A stretch of 64,000 nt of DNA from Eledone cirrhosa (GCA_964016885.1 OZ024764.1:1178001-1242000), one strand, 5' to 3'; positions 39,101 to 54,830 are shown, numbered from the stretch's first letter. Translations and numbers: made by a program. Notes: generated by a model from the letters alone, not told the origin.

Positions 39101-42100
39101 TTTAGTACCCTAGACTAGCTCTACAAAGTGTACTTGGGTATTTAGTACCCTAGGCTAGCTCTACAATGTGTACCTGGGTATTTAGTACACTAGGCTAGCT
39201 CTACAATGTGTACCTGGGTATTTAGTACCCTAGGCTAGCTCTCCAATGTGTACCTGGGTATTTAGTACCGAGGTTAGCTCTACAATGTGTACCTGGGTAT
39301 TTAGTACCCTAGGCTACCTCTACAATGTGTACCTGGGTATTTAGTATCCTAGACTAGCTCAACAATGTGTACCTGGGTATTTAGTACCCTAGGCTAGCTC
39401 TACAATGTGTACCTGGGTATTTAGTACCCTAGGCTAGCTCTACAGTGTGAACCAGGGTATTTAGTACCCTAGGCTAGCTCTACAATGTGTACCTGGTTAT
39501 TTAGTACCCTAGGCTAGCTCTACAGTGTATACCTGGGTATTTAGTACCCTAGGTTAGCTCTACAATGTGTACCTGGGTATTTAGTACCCTAGACTAGCTC
39601 TACAGTGTGTACATGGGTTTTTAGTACCCTAGGCTAGCTCTACACTGTGTACCCTTGGTATTTAGTACCCTAGACTAGCTCTAAAATGTGTACCTGGGTA
39701 TTTAGTACCCTAGGCTAGCTCTACAATGTGTTGTACCTAGGTATTTAGTACCCGAGGTTAGCTCTACAGTGTGTGCCTGGGTTTTTAGTACCCTAGACTA
39801 GCTCTAAAATGTGTACCTGGGTATTTAGTACCCTAGGCTAGCTCTACAATATGTACCTGGGTATTTAGTACCCTAGGCTAGCTCTACAAAGTGTACCCTT
39901 GGTATTTAGTACCCTAGGCTAGCTCTACAATATGTACCTGGGTATTTAGTACCCTAGGCTAGCTCTACAAAGTGTACCCTTGGTATTTAGTACCCTAGGC
40001 TAGCTCTACAAAGTGTACCTGGGTATTTATTACCCCAGGTTAGCTCTAGAGTATGTACCTGCTTAGTTAATACCTAGGTTATCTCTACAATGTGTATGTA
40101 CATATGTACTACTCTAGGGTAGCCTATGGTACTAAATACCCAGGGAGAAAGTTCAATGTTTCCAACAGACTCATATCTGTTTGTGTACATACAGGTGTGT
40201 GGGTCTTTTTATAATCATGTTGGTTTCTAATATACACACAGCAAAACATTGTACACCAAGTAGGAAATATATATATATATGCACATACATAAAAAAATAT
40301 ATACACAAATATTTGTGTGAGTATATATATATATATATATATATATTTCACAGTTGAAAATTGCAAACTTTACTGTCACCACAGAATATGAACCTGAAGA
40401 TTGCGAAAGCATGAAAGTACTTGTTCAACTAACACTTAACATTTAATTTTCTACCATTCTATTTCATTCTAATACCATTATAAATTTTAAAGGATTGTAA
40501 ATAAAACGTGTAAATCAGACAAGGTTGGAATTCCTTTTATTAATATAATCTTCTATACACAATCATACACACCCGTGTATATTTATTTATATATATATAT
40601 CATCATCATCATCATCACCGTTTTACATTCGTTCTTCCACGCTAGCATGGGTTAGACGGCTTGTCCTGTTGTGGGCAGTGTCTGGTCGGCTGACCATGCC
40701 TTGCTCATACAGGAACTGATTTGGCTTGATTTCTACAGCTGGATGCCCTTCCTAACACCAACCACATTTACAGTGAGTGCTGGGTGCTTTTTTGCCGTGG
40801 CCCCTCCACGACCACTTTGCAGTGGAATGATAGGGACCCCAGTCCCTAGCATCTCCTTTCTACAGATGAGTAAACTGGAGCAATGTGAAATAAAGTGTCT
40901 TGCTCAAGGAAACAACACATCACCCGGTCTGAGAATTGAACTCACAACTTTTCGATTGCAAAGCCAATGCTCTAACCACTAAGCCATGTGCCTCCATATA
41001 TATGTGCCTGTATATATATATATGCTTGTATATATACATACCTGTATATATATATATATATATATATATGCCTGTATATATATGTGCCTGTATATATATA
41101 TATGCCTGTATATATATATGTGCCTGTATATATATATGCCTGTATATATATATGCCTGTATATATATATGCCTGTATATATATATGCCTGTATATATATA
41201 TGCCTGTATATATATGTGCCTGTATATATATATGTATATATATATGCCTGTATATATATGCCTGTATATATATATGTGCTTATATATATATGTGCCTGTA
41301 TATATATATATATGCCTGTATATATATATGCCTGTATATATATATATATGCCTGTATATATATGTGCCTGTATATATATGCCTGTATATATATATGTGCC
41401 TGTATATATATATATATATATATATATGCCTGTATATATATGTGCCTGTATATATATGTGCTTGTATATATATATATGCCTGTATATATATGTGCCTGTA
41501 TATATATGAGCCTGTATATATATATATGCCTGTATATATATATATATAGGTGAAAACACGGAAGAGTCAATCGCAGAGCCTCATTTTAACTCTACATTAT
41601 ATATTTATATATATACACACATACAAAACATACTTATATACACACTTATATATATATGTATATGAGAGTTTATATATATGTGTGACTGTTTTTGAAATCA
41701 TGTGTTGGTTTTTGACATCCACACAACCCAGACATTGTATAAGAAAGGGGGGGATATAGATTCACACGTGTTAAACTTCATATAAATAAATATCACGTAA
41801 AACATGAGCGGAGGTGGTGAGAGCAGACCTCAGATCTCTGAAACTCACCGAGGAGATGACGAAGGACCGTGACGAATGGAGAGATGCTGTGCTGAATAAG
41901 ACCAGTCCCACCCTTGCAAGCAGGGAAAAACGGACGTAAAATGATGATGATGATGATGATGATGATCTAAGGTTAATTAAAGAAATATTCCCACACACTT
42001 TTGTTGTCCTTGTTGTTGTTGTTGTTGTTGTAACACTCACGTGTATGACATATTCAACTGTTGGCCCAACTCCAACGTGAACATCTCTCCACTGTATTTT

Positions 42101-44217
42101 AACTCTGGCAAGGAAGGGAAGTCTGTCTTTCCTGTTGTTTGGTTGTTATGGTGACAGAACTTGTGAGGTTGACTCATAGTCAGACCCCTGGGTATTTGGT
42201 ACCCTAGGTTAGTCACACAGTATGTACCTGGGTATTTGGTACCCTAGGTTAATCACACAGTATGTACCTGGGTATATGGTACCCTAGGTTAGTCACACAG
42301 TATGTACCTGGGTATTTAGTACCCTAGGTTAGTCACACAGTATATACCTGTGTATTTAGTACCCTAGGTTAGTCACACAGTATGTACCTGTGTATTTAGT
42401 ACCCTAGGTTAGTCACACAGTATGTACCTGTGTATTTAGTACCCTAGGTTAGTCACACAGTATGTACCTGGGTATTTGGTACCCTAGGTTAGTCACACAG
42501 TATGTACCAGTGTATTTAGTACCCTAGGTTAGTCACACAGTCTGTACCTGGGTATTTGGTACCCTAGGTTAGTCACACAGTATGTACCTGTGTATTTAGT
42601 ACCCTAGGTTAGTCACACAGTATGTACCTGTGTATTTAGTACCCTAGGTTAGTCACACAGTATGTACCTGGGTATTTAGTACCCTAGGCTAGCTCTACAA
42701 TGTGTACTTGGGTATTTAGTACCCTAGGTTAGCTCTACAGTGTGTACCTGGGTATTTAGTACCCTAGGCTAGCTCTACAATGTGTACCTGGGTATTTAGT
42801 ACCCTAGGTTAGCTCTACAATGTGTACCGGGGTATTTAGTACCCTAGGCTAGCTCTACAATGTGTACCAGGGTATTTAGTGCCCTAGGTTAGCTCTACAA
42901 TACATACCTCGGTATTTAGTACCCTAAGCTAGCTCTACAGTGTGTACCAGGGTATTTAGTACACTAGGCTAGCTCTACAATGTGTACCAGGGTATTTAGT
43001 ACCCTAGGTTAGCTCTACAATGTGTACCTGGGTATTTAGTACCCTAGACTAACTCTACAATGTATACCTGGGTATTTAGTACTCTAGGTTAGTTCTACAG
43101 TGTGAACCTGGGTATTTAGTACCCTAGGCTAGCTCTACAATGTGTATCTGGGTATTTAGTACCCTAGACTAGCTCTACAATGTGTACCTGGGTATTTAGT
43201 ACTCTAGGTTAGCTCTACAATGTGTACCTGGGTATTTAGTACCCTAGGTTAGCTCTACAATGTGTATCTGGGTATTTAGTACCCTAGACTAGCTCTACAA
43301 TGTGTACCTGGGTATTTAGTACCCTAGGCTAGCTCTACAATGTGTACCTGGGTATTTAGTACCCTAGACTAGCTCTACAATGTGTACCTGGGTATTTAGT
43401 ACCCTAGACTAGCTCTACAATGTGTACCTGGGTATTTAGTACCCTAGACTAGCTCTACAATGTGTACCCTGGGTATTTAGTACCCTAGACTAGCTCTACA
43501 ATGTGTACCTGGGTATTTAGTACCCTAGGTTAGCTCTACAATGTGTACCTGGGTATTTAGTACCCTAGACTAGCTCTACAATGTGTATCTGGGTATTTAG
43601 TACCCTAGACTAGCTCTACAATGTGTACCTGGGTATTTAGTACCCTAGACTAGCTCTACAATGTGTACCCTGGGTATTTAGTACCCTAGGCTAGCTCTAC
43701 AGTGTGTACCCTGGGTATTTTGTACCCTAGGCTAGCTCTACAGTGTGTACCCTGGGTATTTCGTACCCTAGGCCAGCACTACAATGTGTACCAGGGTATT
43801 TAGTACCCTAGGCTAGCTTTACAGTGTATACCTGGGTATTTAGTACCCTAGGCTAGCTCTACAATGTGTACCTGGGTATTTAGTACCCTAGACTACCTCT
43901 ACAATGTGTACCTGGGTATTTAGTACTCTAGGTTAGCTCTAGAGTATGTACCTGTTTAGTTAATACCCTAGGTTAGCTCTAAAATGTGTATGTACATATG
44001 TACTACTCTAGGGTAGCCTATGGTACTAAATACCCAGGGAGCAAGTTCAATGTTTCCAACAGACTCATATCTGTTTGTGTACATACAGGTGTGTGGGTCT
44101 TTTTATAATCATGTTGGTTTCTAATATACACACAGCAAAACATTGTACACCAAGTAGGAAATATATATATATATATGCACATACATAAAAAAATATATAC
44201 ACAAATATTTGTGTGAG

Positions 44218-44274
<57 letters not shown>

Positions 44275-47200
44275 CACAGTTGAAAATTGCAAACTTGACT
44301 GTCACCACAGAATATGAACCTGAAGATTGCGAAAGCATGAAAGTACTTGTTCAACTAACACTTAACATTTAATTTTCTACCATTCTATTTCATTCTAATA
44401 CCATTATAAATTTTAAAGGATTGTAAATAAAACGTGTAAATCAGACAAGGTTGGAATTCCTTTTATTAATATAATCTTCTATACACAATCATACACACCC
44501 GTGTATATTTATTTATATATATATATCATCATCATCATCATCACCGTTTTACATTCGTTCTTCCACGCTAGCATGGGTTAGACGGCTTGTCCTGTTGTGG
44601 GCAGTGTCTGGTCGGCTGACCATGCCTTGCTCATACAGGAACTGATTTGGCTTGATTTCTACAGCTGGATGCCCTTCCTAACACCAACCACATTTACAGT
44701 GAGTGCTGGGTGCTTTTTTGCCGTGGCCCCTCCACGACCACTTTGCAGTGGAATGATAGGGACCCCAGTCCCTAGCATCTCCTTTCTACAGATGAGTAAA
44801 CTGGAGCAATGTGAAATAAAGTGTCTTGCTCAAGGAAACAACACATCACCCGGTCTGAGAATTGAACTCACAACTTTTCGATTGCAAAGCCAATGCTCTA
44901 ACCACTAAGCCATGTGCCTCCATATATATGTGCCTGTATATATATATATGCTTGTATATATACATACCTGTATATATATATATATATATATATATGCCTG
45001 TATATATATGTGCCTGTATATATATATATGCCTGTATATATATATGTGCCTGTATATATATATGCCTGTATATATATATGCCTGTATATATATATGCCTG
45101 TATATATATATGCCTGTATATATATATGCCTGTATATATATGTGCCTGTATATATATATGTATATATATATGCCTGTATATATATGCCTGTATATATATA
45201 TGTGCTTATATATATATGTGCCTGTATATATATATATATGCCTGTATATATATATGCCTGTATATATATATATATGCCTGTATATATATGTGCCTGTATA
45301 TATATGCCTGTATATATATATGTGCCTGTATATATATATATATATATATATATGCCTGTATATATATGTGCCTGTATATATATGTGCTTGTATATATATA
45401 TATGCCTGTATATATATGTGCCTGTATATATATGAGCCTGTATATATATATATGCCTGTATATATATATATATAGGTGAAAACACGGAAGAGTCAATCGC
45501 AGAGCCTCATTTTAACTCTACATTATATATTTATATATATACACACACACAAAACATACTTATATACACACTTATATATATATGTATATGAGAGTTTATA
45601 TATATGTGTGACTGTTTTTGAAATCATGTGTTGGTTTTTGACATCCACACAACCCAGACATTGTATAAGAAAGGGGGGGATATAGATTCACACGTGTTAA
45701 ACTTCATATAAATAAATATCACGTAAAACATGAGCGGAGGTGGTGAGAGCAGACCTCAGATCTCTGAAACTCACCGAGGAGATGACGAAGGACCGTGACG
45801 AATGGAGAGATGCTGTGCTGAATAAGACCAGTCCCACCCTTGCAAGCAGGGAAAAACGGACGTAAAATGATGATGATGATGATGATGATGATCTAAGGTT
45901 AATTAAAGAAATATTCCCACACACTTTTGTTGTCCTTGTTGTTGTTGTTGTTGTTGTAACACTCACGTGTATGACATATTCAACTGTTGGCCCAACTCCA
46001 ACGTGAACATCTCTCCACTGTATTTTAACTCTGGCAAGGAAGGGAAGTCTGTCTTTCCTGTTGTTTGGTTGTTATGGTGACAGAACTTGTGAGGTTGACT
46101 CATAGTCAGACCCCTGGGTATTTGGTACCCTAGGTTAGTCACACAGTATGTACCTGGGTATTTGGTACCCTAGGTTAATCACACAGTATGTACCTGGGTA
46201 TATGGTACCCTAGGTTAGTCACACAGTATGTACCTGGGTATTTAGTACCCTAGGTTAGTCACACAGTATATACCTGTGTATTTAGTACCCTAGGTTAGTC
46301 ACACAGTATGTACCTGTGTATTTAGTACCCTAGGTTAGTCACACAGTATGTACCTGTGTATTTAGTACCCTAGGTTAGTCACACAGTATGTACCTGGGTA
46401 TTTGGTACCCTAGGTTAGTCACACAGTATGTACCAGTGTATTTAGTACCCTAGGTTAGTCACACAGTCTGTACCTGGGTATTTGGTACCCTAGGTTAGTC
46501 ACACAGTATGTACCTGTGTATTTAGTACCCTAGGTTAGTCACACAGTATGTACCTGTGTATTTAGTACCCTAGGTTAGTCACACAGTATGTACCTGGGTA
46601 TTTAGTACCCTAGGCTAGCTCTACAATGTGTACTTGGGTATTTAGTACCCTAGGTTAGCTCTACAGTGTGTACCTGGGTATTTAGTACCCTAGGCTAGCT
46701 CTACAATGTGTACCTGGGTATTTAGTACCCTAGGTTAGCTCTACAATGTGTACCGGGGTATTTAGTACCCTAGGCTAGCTCTACAATGTGTACCAGGGTA
46801 TTTAGTGCCCTAGGTTAGCTCTACAATACATACCTGGGTATTTAGTACCCTAAGCTAGCTCTACAGTGTGTACCAGGGTATTTAGTACACTAGGCTAGCT
46901 CTACAATGTGTACCAGGGTATTTAGTACCCTAGGTTAGCTCTACAATGTGTACCTGGGTATTTAGTACCCTAGACTAACTCTACAATGTATACCTGGGTA
47001 TTTAGTACTCTAGGTTAGTTCTACAGTGTGAACCTGGGTATTTAGTACCCTAGACTAGCTCTACAATGTGTACCTGGGTATTTAGTACTCTAGGTTAGCT
47101 CTACAATGTGTACCTGGGTATTTAGTACCCTAGGTTAGCTCTACAATGTGTATCTGGGTATTTAGTACCCTAGACTAGCTCTACAATGTGTACCTGGGTA

Positions 47201-48103
47201 TTTAGTACCCTAGGCTAGCTCTACAATGTGTACCTGGGTATTTAGTACCCTAGACTAGCTCTACAATGTGTACCTGGGTATTTAGTACCCTAGACTAGCT
47301 CTACAATGTGTACCTGGGTATTTAGTACCCTAGACTAGCTCTACAATGTGTACCCTGGGTATTTAGTACCCTAGACTAGCTCTACAATGTGTACCTGGGT
47401 ATTTAGTACCCTAGGTTAGCTCTACAATGTGTACCTGGGTATTTAGTACCCTAGACTAGCTCTACAATGTGTATCTGGGTATTTAGTACCCTAGACTAGC
47501 TCTACAATGTGTACCTGGGTATTTAGTACCCTAGACTAGCTCTACAATGTGTACCCTGGGTATTTAGTACCCTAGGCTAGCTCTACAGTGTGTACCCTGG
47601 GTATTTTGTACCCTAGGCTAGCTCTACAGTGTGTACCCTGGGTATTTCGTACCCTAGGCCAGCACTACAATGTGTACCAGGGTATTTAGTACCCTAGGCT
47701 AGCTTTACAGTGTATACCTGGGTATTTAGTACCCTAGGCTAGCTCTACAATGTGTACCTGGGTATTTAGTACCCTAGACTACCTCTACAATGTGTACCTG
47801 GGTATTTAGTACTCTAGGTTAGCTCTAGAGTATGTACCTGTTTAGTTAATACCCTAGGTTAGCTCTAAAATGTGTATGTACATATGTACTACTCTAGGGT
47901 AGCCTATGGTACTAAATACCCAGGGAGCAAGTTCAATGTTTCCAACAGACTCATATCTGTTTGTGTACATACAGGTGTGTGGGTCTTTTTATAATCATGT
48001 TGGTTTCTAATATACACACAGCAAAACATTGTACACCAAGTAGGAAATATATATATATATATGCACATACATAAAAAAATATATACACAAATATTTGTGT
48101 GAG

Positions 48104-48160
<57 letters not shown>

Positions 48161-48391
48161 CACAGTTGAAAATTGCAAACTTGACTGTCACCACAGAATA
48201 TGAACCTGAAGATTGCGAAAGCATGAAAGTACTTGTTCAACTAACACTTAACATTTAATTTTCTACCATTCTATTTCATTCTAATACCATTATAAATTTT
48301 AAAGGATTGTAAATAAAACGTGTAAATCAGACAAGGTTGGAATTCCTTTTATTAATATAATCTTCTATACACAATCATACACACCCGTGTA

Positions 48392-48426
<35 letters not shown>

Positions 48427-49321
48427 CATCATCATCATCATCACCGTTTTACATTCGTTCTTCCACGCTAGCATGGGTTAGACGGGTTGTCCTGTTGTGG
48501 GCAGTGTCTAGTTGGCTGACCATGCCTTGCTCATACAGGAACTGATATGGCTTGATTTCTACAGCTGGATGCCCTTCCTAACACCAACCTCATTTACAGT
48601 GAGTGCTGGGTGCTTTTTTGCCGTGGCACCTCCACGACCACTTTGCAGTGGAATGATAGGGACCCCAGTCCCTATCATCTCATTTCTACAGATGAGTAAA
48701 CTGGAGCAATGTGAAATAAAGTGTCTTGCTCAAGGAAACAACACGTCACTCGGTCTGAGAATTGAACTCACAACCTTTCGATTGCAAGGCCAATGCTCTA
48801 ACCACTAAGCCATGTGCCTCCATATATATGTGCCTGTATATATATATATGCTTGTATATATACATACCTGTATATATATATATATATGCCTGTATATATA
48901 TGTGCCTGTATATATATATATGCCTGTATATATATATGTGCCTGTATATATATATGCCTGTATATATATATGCCTGTATATATATATGCCTGTATATATA
49001 TGTGCCTGTATATATATATGCCTGTATATATATATGCCTGTATATATATGTGCCTGTATATATATATGTATATATATATGCCTGTATATATATGCCTGTA
49101 TATATATATGTGCTTATATATATATGTGCCTGTATATATATATATATATGCCTGTATATATATATGCCTGTATATATATATGCCTGTATATATATATATA
49201 TGCCTGTATATATATATATGCGCCTGTATATATATATGCCTGTATATATATATGTGCCTGTATATATATATGTGCCTGTATATATATATATATATATATA
49301 TATGCCTGTATATATATGTGC

Positions 49322-49358
<37 letters not shown>

Positions 49359-51827
49359 TGTATATATATGTGCCTGTATATATATGTGCCTGTATATATA
49401 TATGTGCCTGTATATATATATATATATATATGCCTATATATATATGTGCCTGTATATATATGAGCCTGTATATATATATATGCCTGTATATATATGTGCC
49501 TGTATATATATCTGCCTGTATATATATATGTATATATATATGCCTGTATATATATGTGCTTGTATATATATATATGCCTGTATATATATGTGCCTGTATA
49601 TATATGTGCCTGTATATATATATATGCCTGTATATATATATATATAGGTGAAAACACGGAAGAGTCAATCGCAGAGCCTCATTTTAACTCTACATTATAT
49701 ATTTATATATATACACACACACAAAACATACATATATACACACTTATATATATATGTATATGAGAGTTTATATATATGTGTGACTGTTTTTGAAATCATG
49801 TGTTGGTTTTTGACATCCACACAGCCCAGACATTGTATAAGAAAGGTGGGGATATAGATTCACACGTGTTAAACTTCATATAAATAAATATCACGTAAAA
49901 CATGAGCGGAGGTGGTGAGAGCAGACCTCAGATCTCTGAAACTCACCGAGGAGATGACGAAGGACCGTGACGAATGGAGAGATGCTGTGCTGAATAGGAC
50001 CCATCCCACCCTTGCAAGCAGGGAAAAACGGACGTAAAATGATGATGATGATGATGATGATCTAAGGTTGATTAAAGAAATATTCCCACACACTTTTGTT
50101 GTCATTGTTGTTGTTGTTGTTGTTGTAACACTCACGTGTACGACATATTCAACTGTTGGCCAAACTCCAACGTGAACATCTCTCCACTGTATTGTAACTC
50201 TGGCAAGGAAGGGAAGTCTGTCTTTCCTGTTGTCTGGTTGTTATGGTGACAGAACTTGTGAGGTTGACACATAGTCAGACCCCTGGGTATTTGGTACCCT
50301 AGGTTAGTCACACAGTATGTACCTGGGTATTTGGTGTTCTAGGTTAGTCACACAGTATGTACCTGGGTATTTAGTACCCTAGGTTAGCTCTACAGTATGT
50401 ACCTGGGTATTTAGTGTTCTTGGCTAGTTCTACAATATATACCTGGGTATTTAACATACTGGGGTAACCCTGCTGCTTTTGCCTGGGTATTTAGTGATCT
50501 AGACTAGTTCTACACTGTGTACCCTGGGTATTTAGTACCCTAGGCTAGCTCTACAGTGTGTACCTGGGTATTTAGTACCCTAGGCTAGCTCTACAGTGTG
50601 TACCTGGGTATTTAGTACCCTAGGCTAGCTCTACAATGTGTACCTGGGTATTTAGTACCCTAGTCTAGCTCTACAGTGTGTACCTGGGTATTTAGTACCC
50701 TAGGCTAGCTCTACAATGTGTACCTGGGTATTTAGTATCCTAGACTAGCTCAACAATGTGTACCTGGGTATTTAGTACCCTAGGCTAGCTCTACAGTGTG
50801 TACCTGGGTATTTAGTACCCTAGACTAGCTCTACAATGTATACCTGGGTATTTAGTACCCTAGACTAGCTCTACAATGTGTACCTGGGTATTTAGTATCC
50901 TAGACTAGCTCAACAATGTGTACCTGGGTATTTAGTACCCTAGGCTAGCTCTACAATGTGTACCTGGGTATTTAGTACCCTAGACTAGCTCTACAATGTG
51001 TACCTGGGTATTTAGTACCCTAGACTAGCTCTACAATGTGTACTTGGGTATTTAGTACCCTAGGCTAGCTCTACAATGTGTACCTGGGTATTTAGTACCC
51101 TAGACTAGCTCTACAATGTGTACCTGGGTATTTAGTACCCTAGGTTAGCTCTACAATGTGTACCTGGGTATTCAGTACCCTAGACTAGCTCTACAATATG
51201 TACCTGGGTATTTAGTACCCTAGACTAGCTCTACAATGCGTACCTGGGTATTTAGTACCCTAGGTTAGCTCTACAATGTGTACCTGGGTATTTAGTACCC
51301 TACGCTAGCTCTACAATATGTACCTGGGTATTTAGTACCCTAGGCTAGCTCTACAGTGTGTACCTGGGTATTTAGTACCCTAGGCTAGCTCTACAGTGTA
51401 TACCTGTGTATTTAGTACCCTAGGCTAGCTTTACAGTGTGTACCCTGGGTATTTAGTACCCTAGGCTAGCTCTACAATGTGTACCTGGGTATTTAGTACC
51501 CTAGGCTAGCTCTACAAAGTGTACCTGGGTATTTATTACCCCAGGTTAGCTCTAGAGTATGTACCTGTTTAGTTAATACCCTAGGTTAGCTCTAAAATGT
51601 GTATGTACATATGTACTACTCTAGGGTAGCCTATGGTACTAAATACCCAGGGAGCAAGTTCAATGTTTCCAACACACTCATATCTGTTTGTGTACATACA
51701 GGTGTGTGGGTCTTTTTATAATCATGTTGGTTTCTAATATACACACAGCAAAACATTGTACACCAAGTAGGAAATATATATATATATGCACATACATAAA
51801 AAAATATATACACAAATATTTGTGTGA

Positions 51828-51867
<40 letters not shown>

Positions 51868-52121
51868 CACAGTTGAAAATTGCAAACTTGACTGTCACCA
51901 CAGAATATGAACCTGAAGATTGCGAAAGCATGAAAGTACTTGTTCAACTAACACTTAACATTTAATTTTCTACCATTCTATTTCATTCTAATACCATTAT
52001 AAATTTTAAAGGATTGTAAATAAAACGTGTAAATCAGACAAGGTTGGAATTCCTTTTATTAATATAATCTTCTATACACAATCATACACACCCATGTATA
52101 TTTATTTATATATATATATAT

Positions 52122-54740
52122 CATCATCATCATCATCATCAACATCATCACCATTTTACGTTCGTTCTTCCACGCTAGCATGGGTTAGACGGGTTGTCCT
52201 GTTGTGGGCAGTGTCTAGTTGGCTGACCATGCCTTGCTCATACAGGAACTGATTTGGCTTGATTTCTACAGCTGGATGCCCTTCCTAACACCAACCTCAT
52301 TTACATTGAGTGCTGGGTGCTTTTTCGTGGCGCCTACACGTCCACTTTACAGTGTGGGCTGGGTGCTTTTTTGCCGTGGCACCTCCACGACCACCTTGCG
52401 GTGGGGGGTGTGGTTGCATATTGTCTATATGCTTCAGCTTGTACCCATGGGAGGTCGGGTACTCTGTATTACTGCATGACGCCAGAGGTCACGGTCGTGT
52501 GTCATTGCCTTTGAGAGGTGTAATTGGGTAAGGTCGGCTTTTATCACCTCATCCCAGGTCATCTTGGGTCTCCCCACTCCGCGGTTTCCATCGACTTCTA
52601 GTGCTCTGCACCTTTTTATGCAGCTGTCATCCTTCATACGCATCACATGTCCATACCAGCGCAACTGCCTCTCCTGCACACATCATTTGATTCCTCTTAT
52701 GCTCAGTCTCTCTCTCAATTCATTTATGCTTTGTCGTTCACGTATATTACTGTTACACATCCATCGGAGCATGCAGGCTTCGTTTCTCTCTAATCTACGT
52801 AAGTCTTCCACCTTCAGCGCCCAGGTCTCACTACCATGCAACATTGCTGTTCGGATACACGCATCATACAGTCTGCCTTTCATTCTGAGGGAGAAGCCTT
52901 TTGCAGCTAGCAGTGGTAGTAGTTCCCTAAACTTCTTCCATCCCGTTCTTACCCTAGTTATTGTACTTTCTGAACACCCGCCTCCGCTGCTAATTCGGTC
53001 ACCTAGGTAGCACAAGCTGTCTACTGTTTCTACAGAGCCCTCCCAGAGATTGGTGGTACTTGTTTCCTGTGGCTGTTTGCTGCTTGCTGTCTCAGCACAG
53101 CTGCTGCATGTGAAGCCTACATTCTTAATTAAGCTTCCTGAGATCCCGCTACATCTCTTGTGTACCCATTGTTTGCATTTGGGGCAGAGAATGGAGTTCC
53201 TACCTACACCTTTCCTACATACTGAGCAAGGCCATTTCCCTGAGGGGATCTGGGTTCTGTTTTCTCGTCTACTTACAAGGACCTTAGTCTTTGTCATGTT
53301 GACTTTGAGACCCTTTCTTTCTAGTCCCTGCTTCTAAGTTTGGAATTTATTCTCTAGTTCTACCATAGATTCAGCTATGAGTGCGAGGTCATCAGAATAC
53401 AGGAGTTCCCATGGGCATCCGGTCTTAAACTCCTCCGTTATTGCCTGCAGGACTATGATGAACAGGAGGGGGCTAAGAACAGAGCCCTGGTGGACCCCAA
53501 CCTGTACGCTAGATTCCTCGCTATACTCATTGCTAATCCTAACTTTGCTGACTGCTCCCCTATACATGGCTTGTACAGCTTTCACAAGCCATTCATCTAC
53601 TCCTAGTTTTCTAAGAGCCCACCAGATTACAGCACGTGGAACTCTGTCAAAGGCTTTCTCAAGGTCGACAAATGCCAAGTAGAGTGGCTTACTTTTAGCT
53701 AGGTACTTTTCCTGTAACTGCCTCACAAGGAAGAGGGCATCAGTGGTGCCTCTTCCTGGTACAAACCCAAATTGCATCTCGTCTATTTTCACCTGGTCCC
53801 TAATCAACTGTGCTATAACTCTTTCTGTTACTTTCATGACCTGGTCCATCAGCTTTATACCTCTATAGTTTCCTCTATCTAGTGCATCACCTTTACCTTT
53901 GTAGCAGTTGACAATGATGCTACTGCACCAATCTTTTGGTATGACACCTTCTAGTATTACCTGGTTAACAATACGTGTGGTTATAGTGTGACCTACAGAC
54001 CCAGATGCCTTCAGCATCTCAGCAGCTATACCCGATGGACCGGTTGCCTTCCCCATCTTCATATCTTTGATTGCCTTACTTACTACGTTGCTGCTGACTT
54101 GTACTGCTGGCCCCTCTATAGGGTCTACTTGGGGTAGGGTCTCTTCTTCCCATGCATTCTCCTCATTTAGTAATCTATCATAATGACTCTTCCATGAATC
54201 TTTCTTCTCAGCACTTGTGAGGGCAAGCTCACCTTTATCATTCCGGATACACTTCTCTCCAATGACATCACAACTATCTCTGACACACTGCCTCGCAATC
54301 TTGAATACCTCCTGTTTCTGGTCCTCACGTTGCAAAACATGCTTGAATTTTCTATCCTCTACTTCCCTCCTAGCTAAGTATACTTGTCGCCTAGCTTCCC
54401 TCTTGGTCTCTATGTAATGTACCCTGCTCCCCCCGTTCTTCCATTCTTTCCATGCCTGTCTCTTGGCCTTAACTGCTTCATCTACCTTATTGTTCCACCA
54501 CCAAGTCACTCTCCTCCTGCTTGAGGTCTTACTCCAGCCACAGACCTCATCCGTCACCTCTAGTAAATTATTTTTTAGGAACTCCCAGTTCTCTTCTACA
54601 TTAAATGTCTCTATCTGTTCTTCTTTACTGTCGTAGGCGTTGAGTAAAATATCTTTAAATCTGTTACTGGTTGAGGGGACTTTCAGCTTCCAGATCTTTC
54701 TTCTCCAGGTTGGCCTCTGTTTCCAGGTTCGTCCAGTTTT
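52122..54740 (-). mobile_element. 5'-truncated, inactivated RTE-clade LINE (complete RT domain, PHD-like finger, 3'UTR)
   Basis: One frame across ORFs 53334-54557, 52683-53297 and 52434-52679, broken by two in-frame stops. Motifs NYRGIKL, QFGF, FVDLEKAFD, GVHQGSVLSPLLF, YSDD, LHGSETW, LRWYGHVMRM. The APE endonuclease is missing. Confidence 0.95.
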
Positions 54741-54793
54741 TATATATATATATATATATATAGTTTATATATATATATAGTTTATATATATAT

Positions 54794-54830
<37 letters not shown>

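Larger units (their letters stand above)
32215..52121. repeat. Tandem segmental duplication, 5 units of about 3.7-4.5 kb
   Basis: Units start at about 32215, 36142, 40601, 44527 and 48427. Each consists of SINE(-), (GCCTG(TA)n)n, unique block, RTE 3' fragment, unique block, 40-bp array and unique block. Units 3 and 4 are nearly identical at offset 3926. Confidence 0.95.

Noticed and set aside
32473-49857. Y/I/C-rich ORFs of 170-310 aa
   Set aside because: They are translations of (GCCTG(TA)n)n microsatellites that are open in most frames.
52434-54557. Active reverse transcriptase, or a host or prokaryotic RT system
   Set aside because: A typical RTE LINE, 5'-truncated without the endonuclease, with two in-frame stops.
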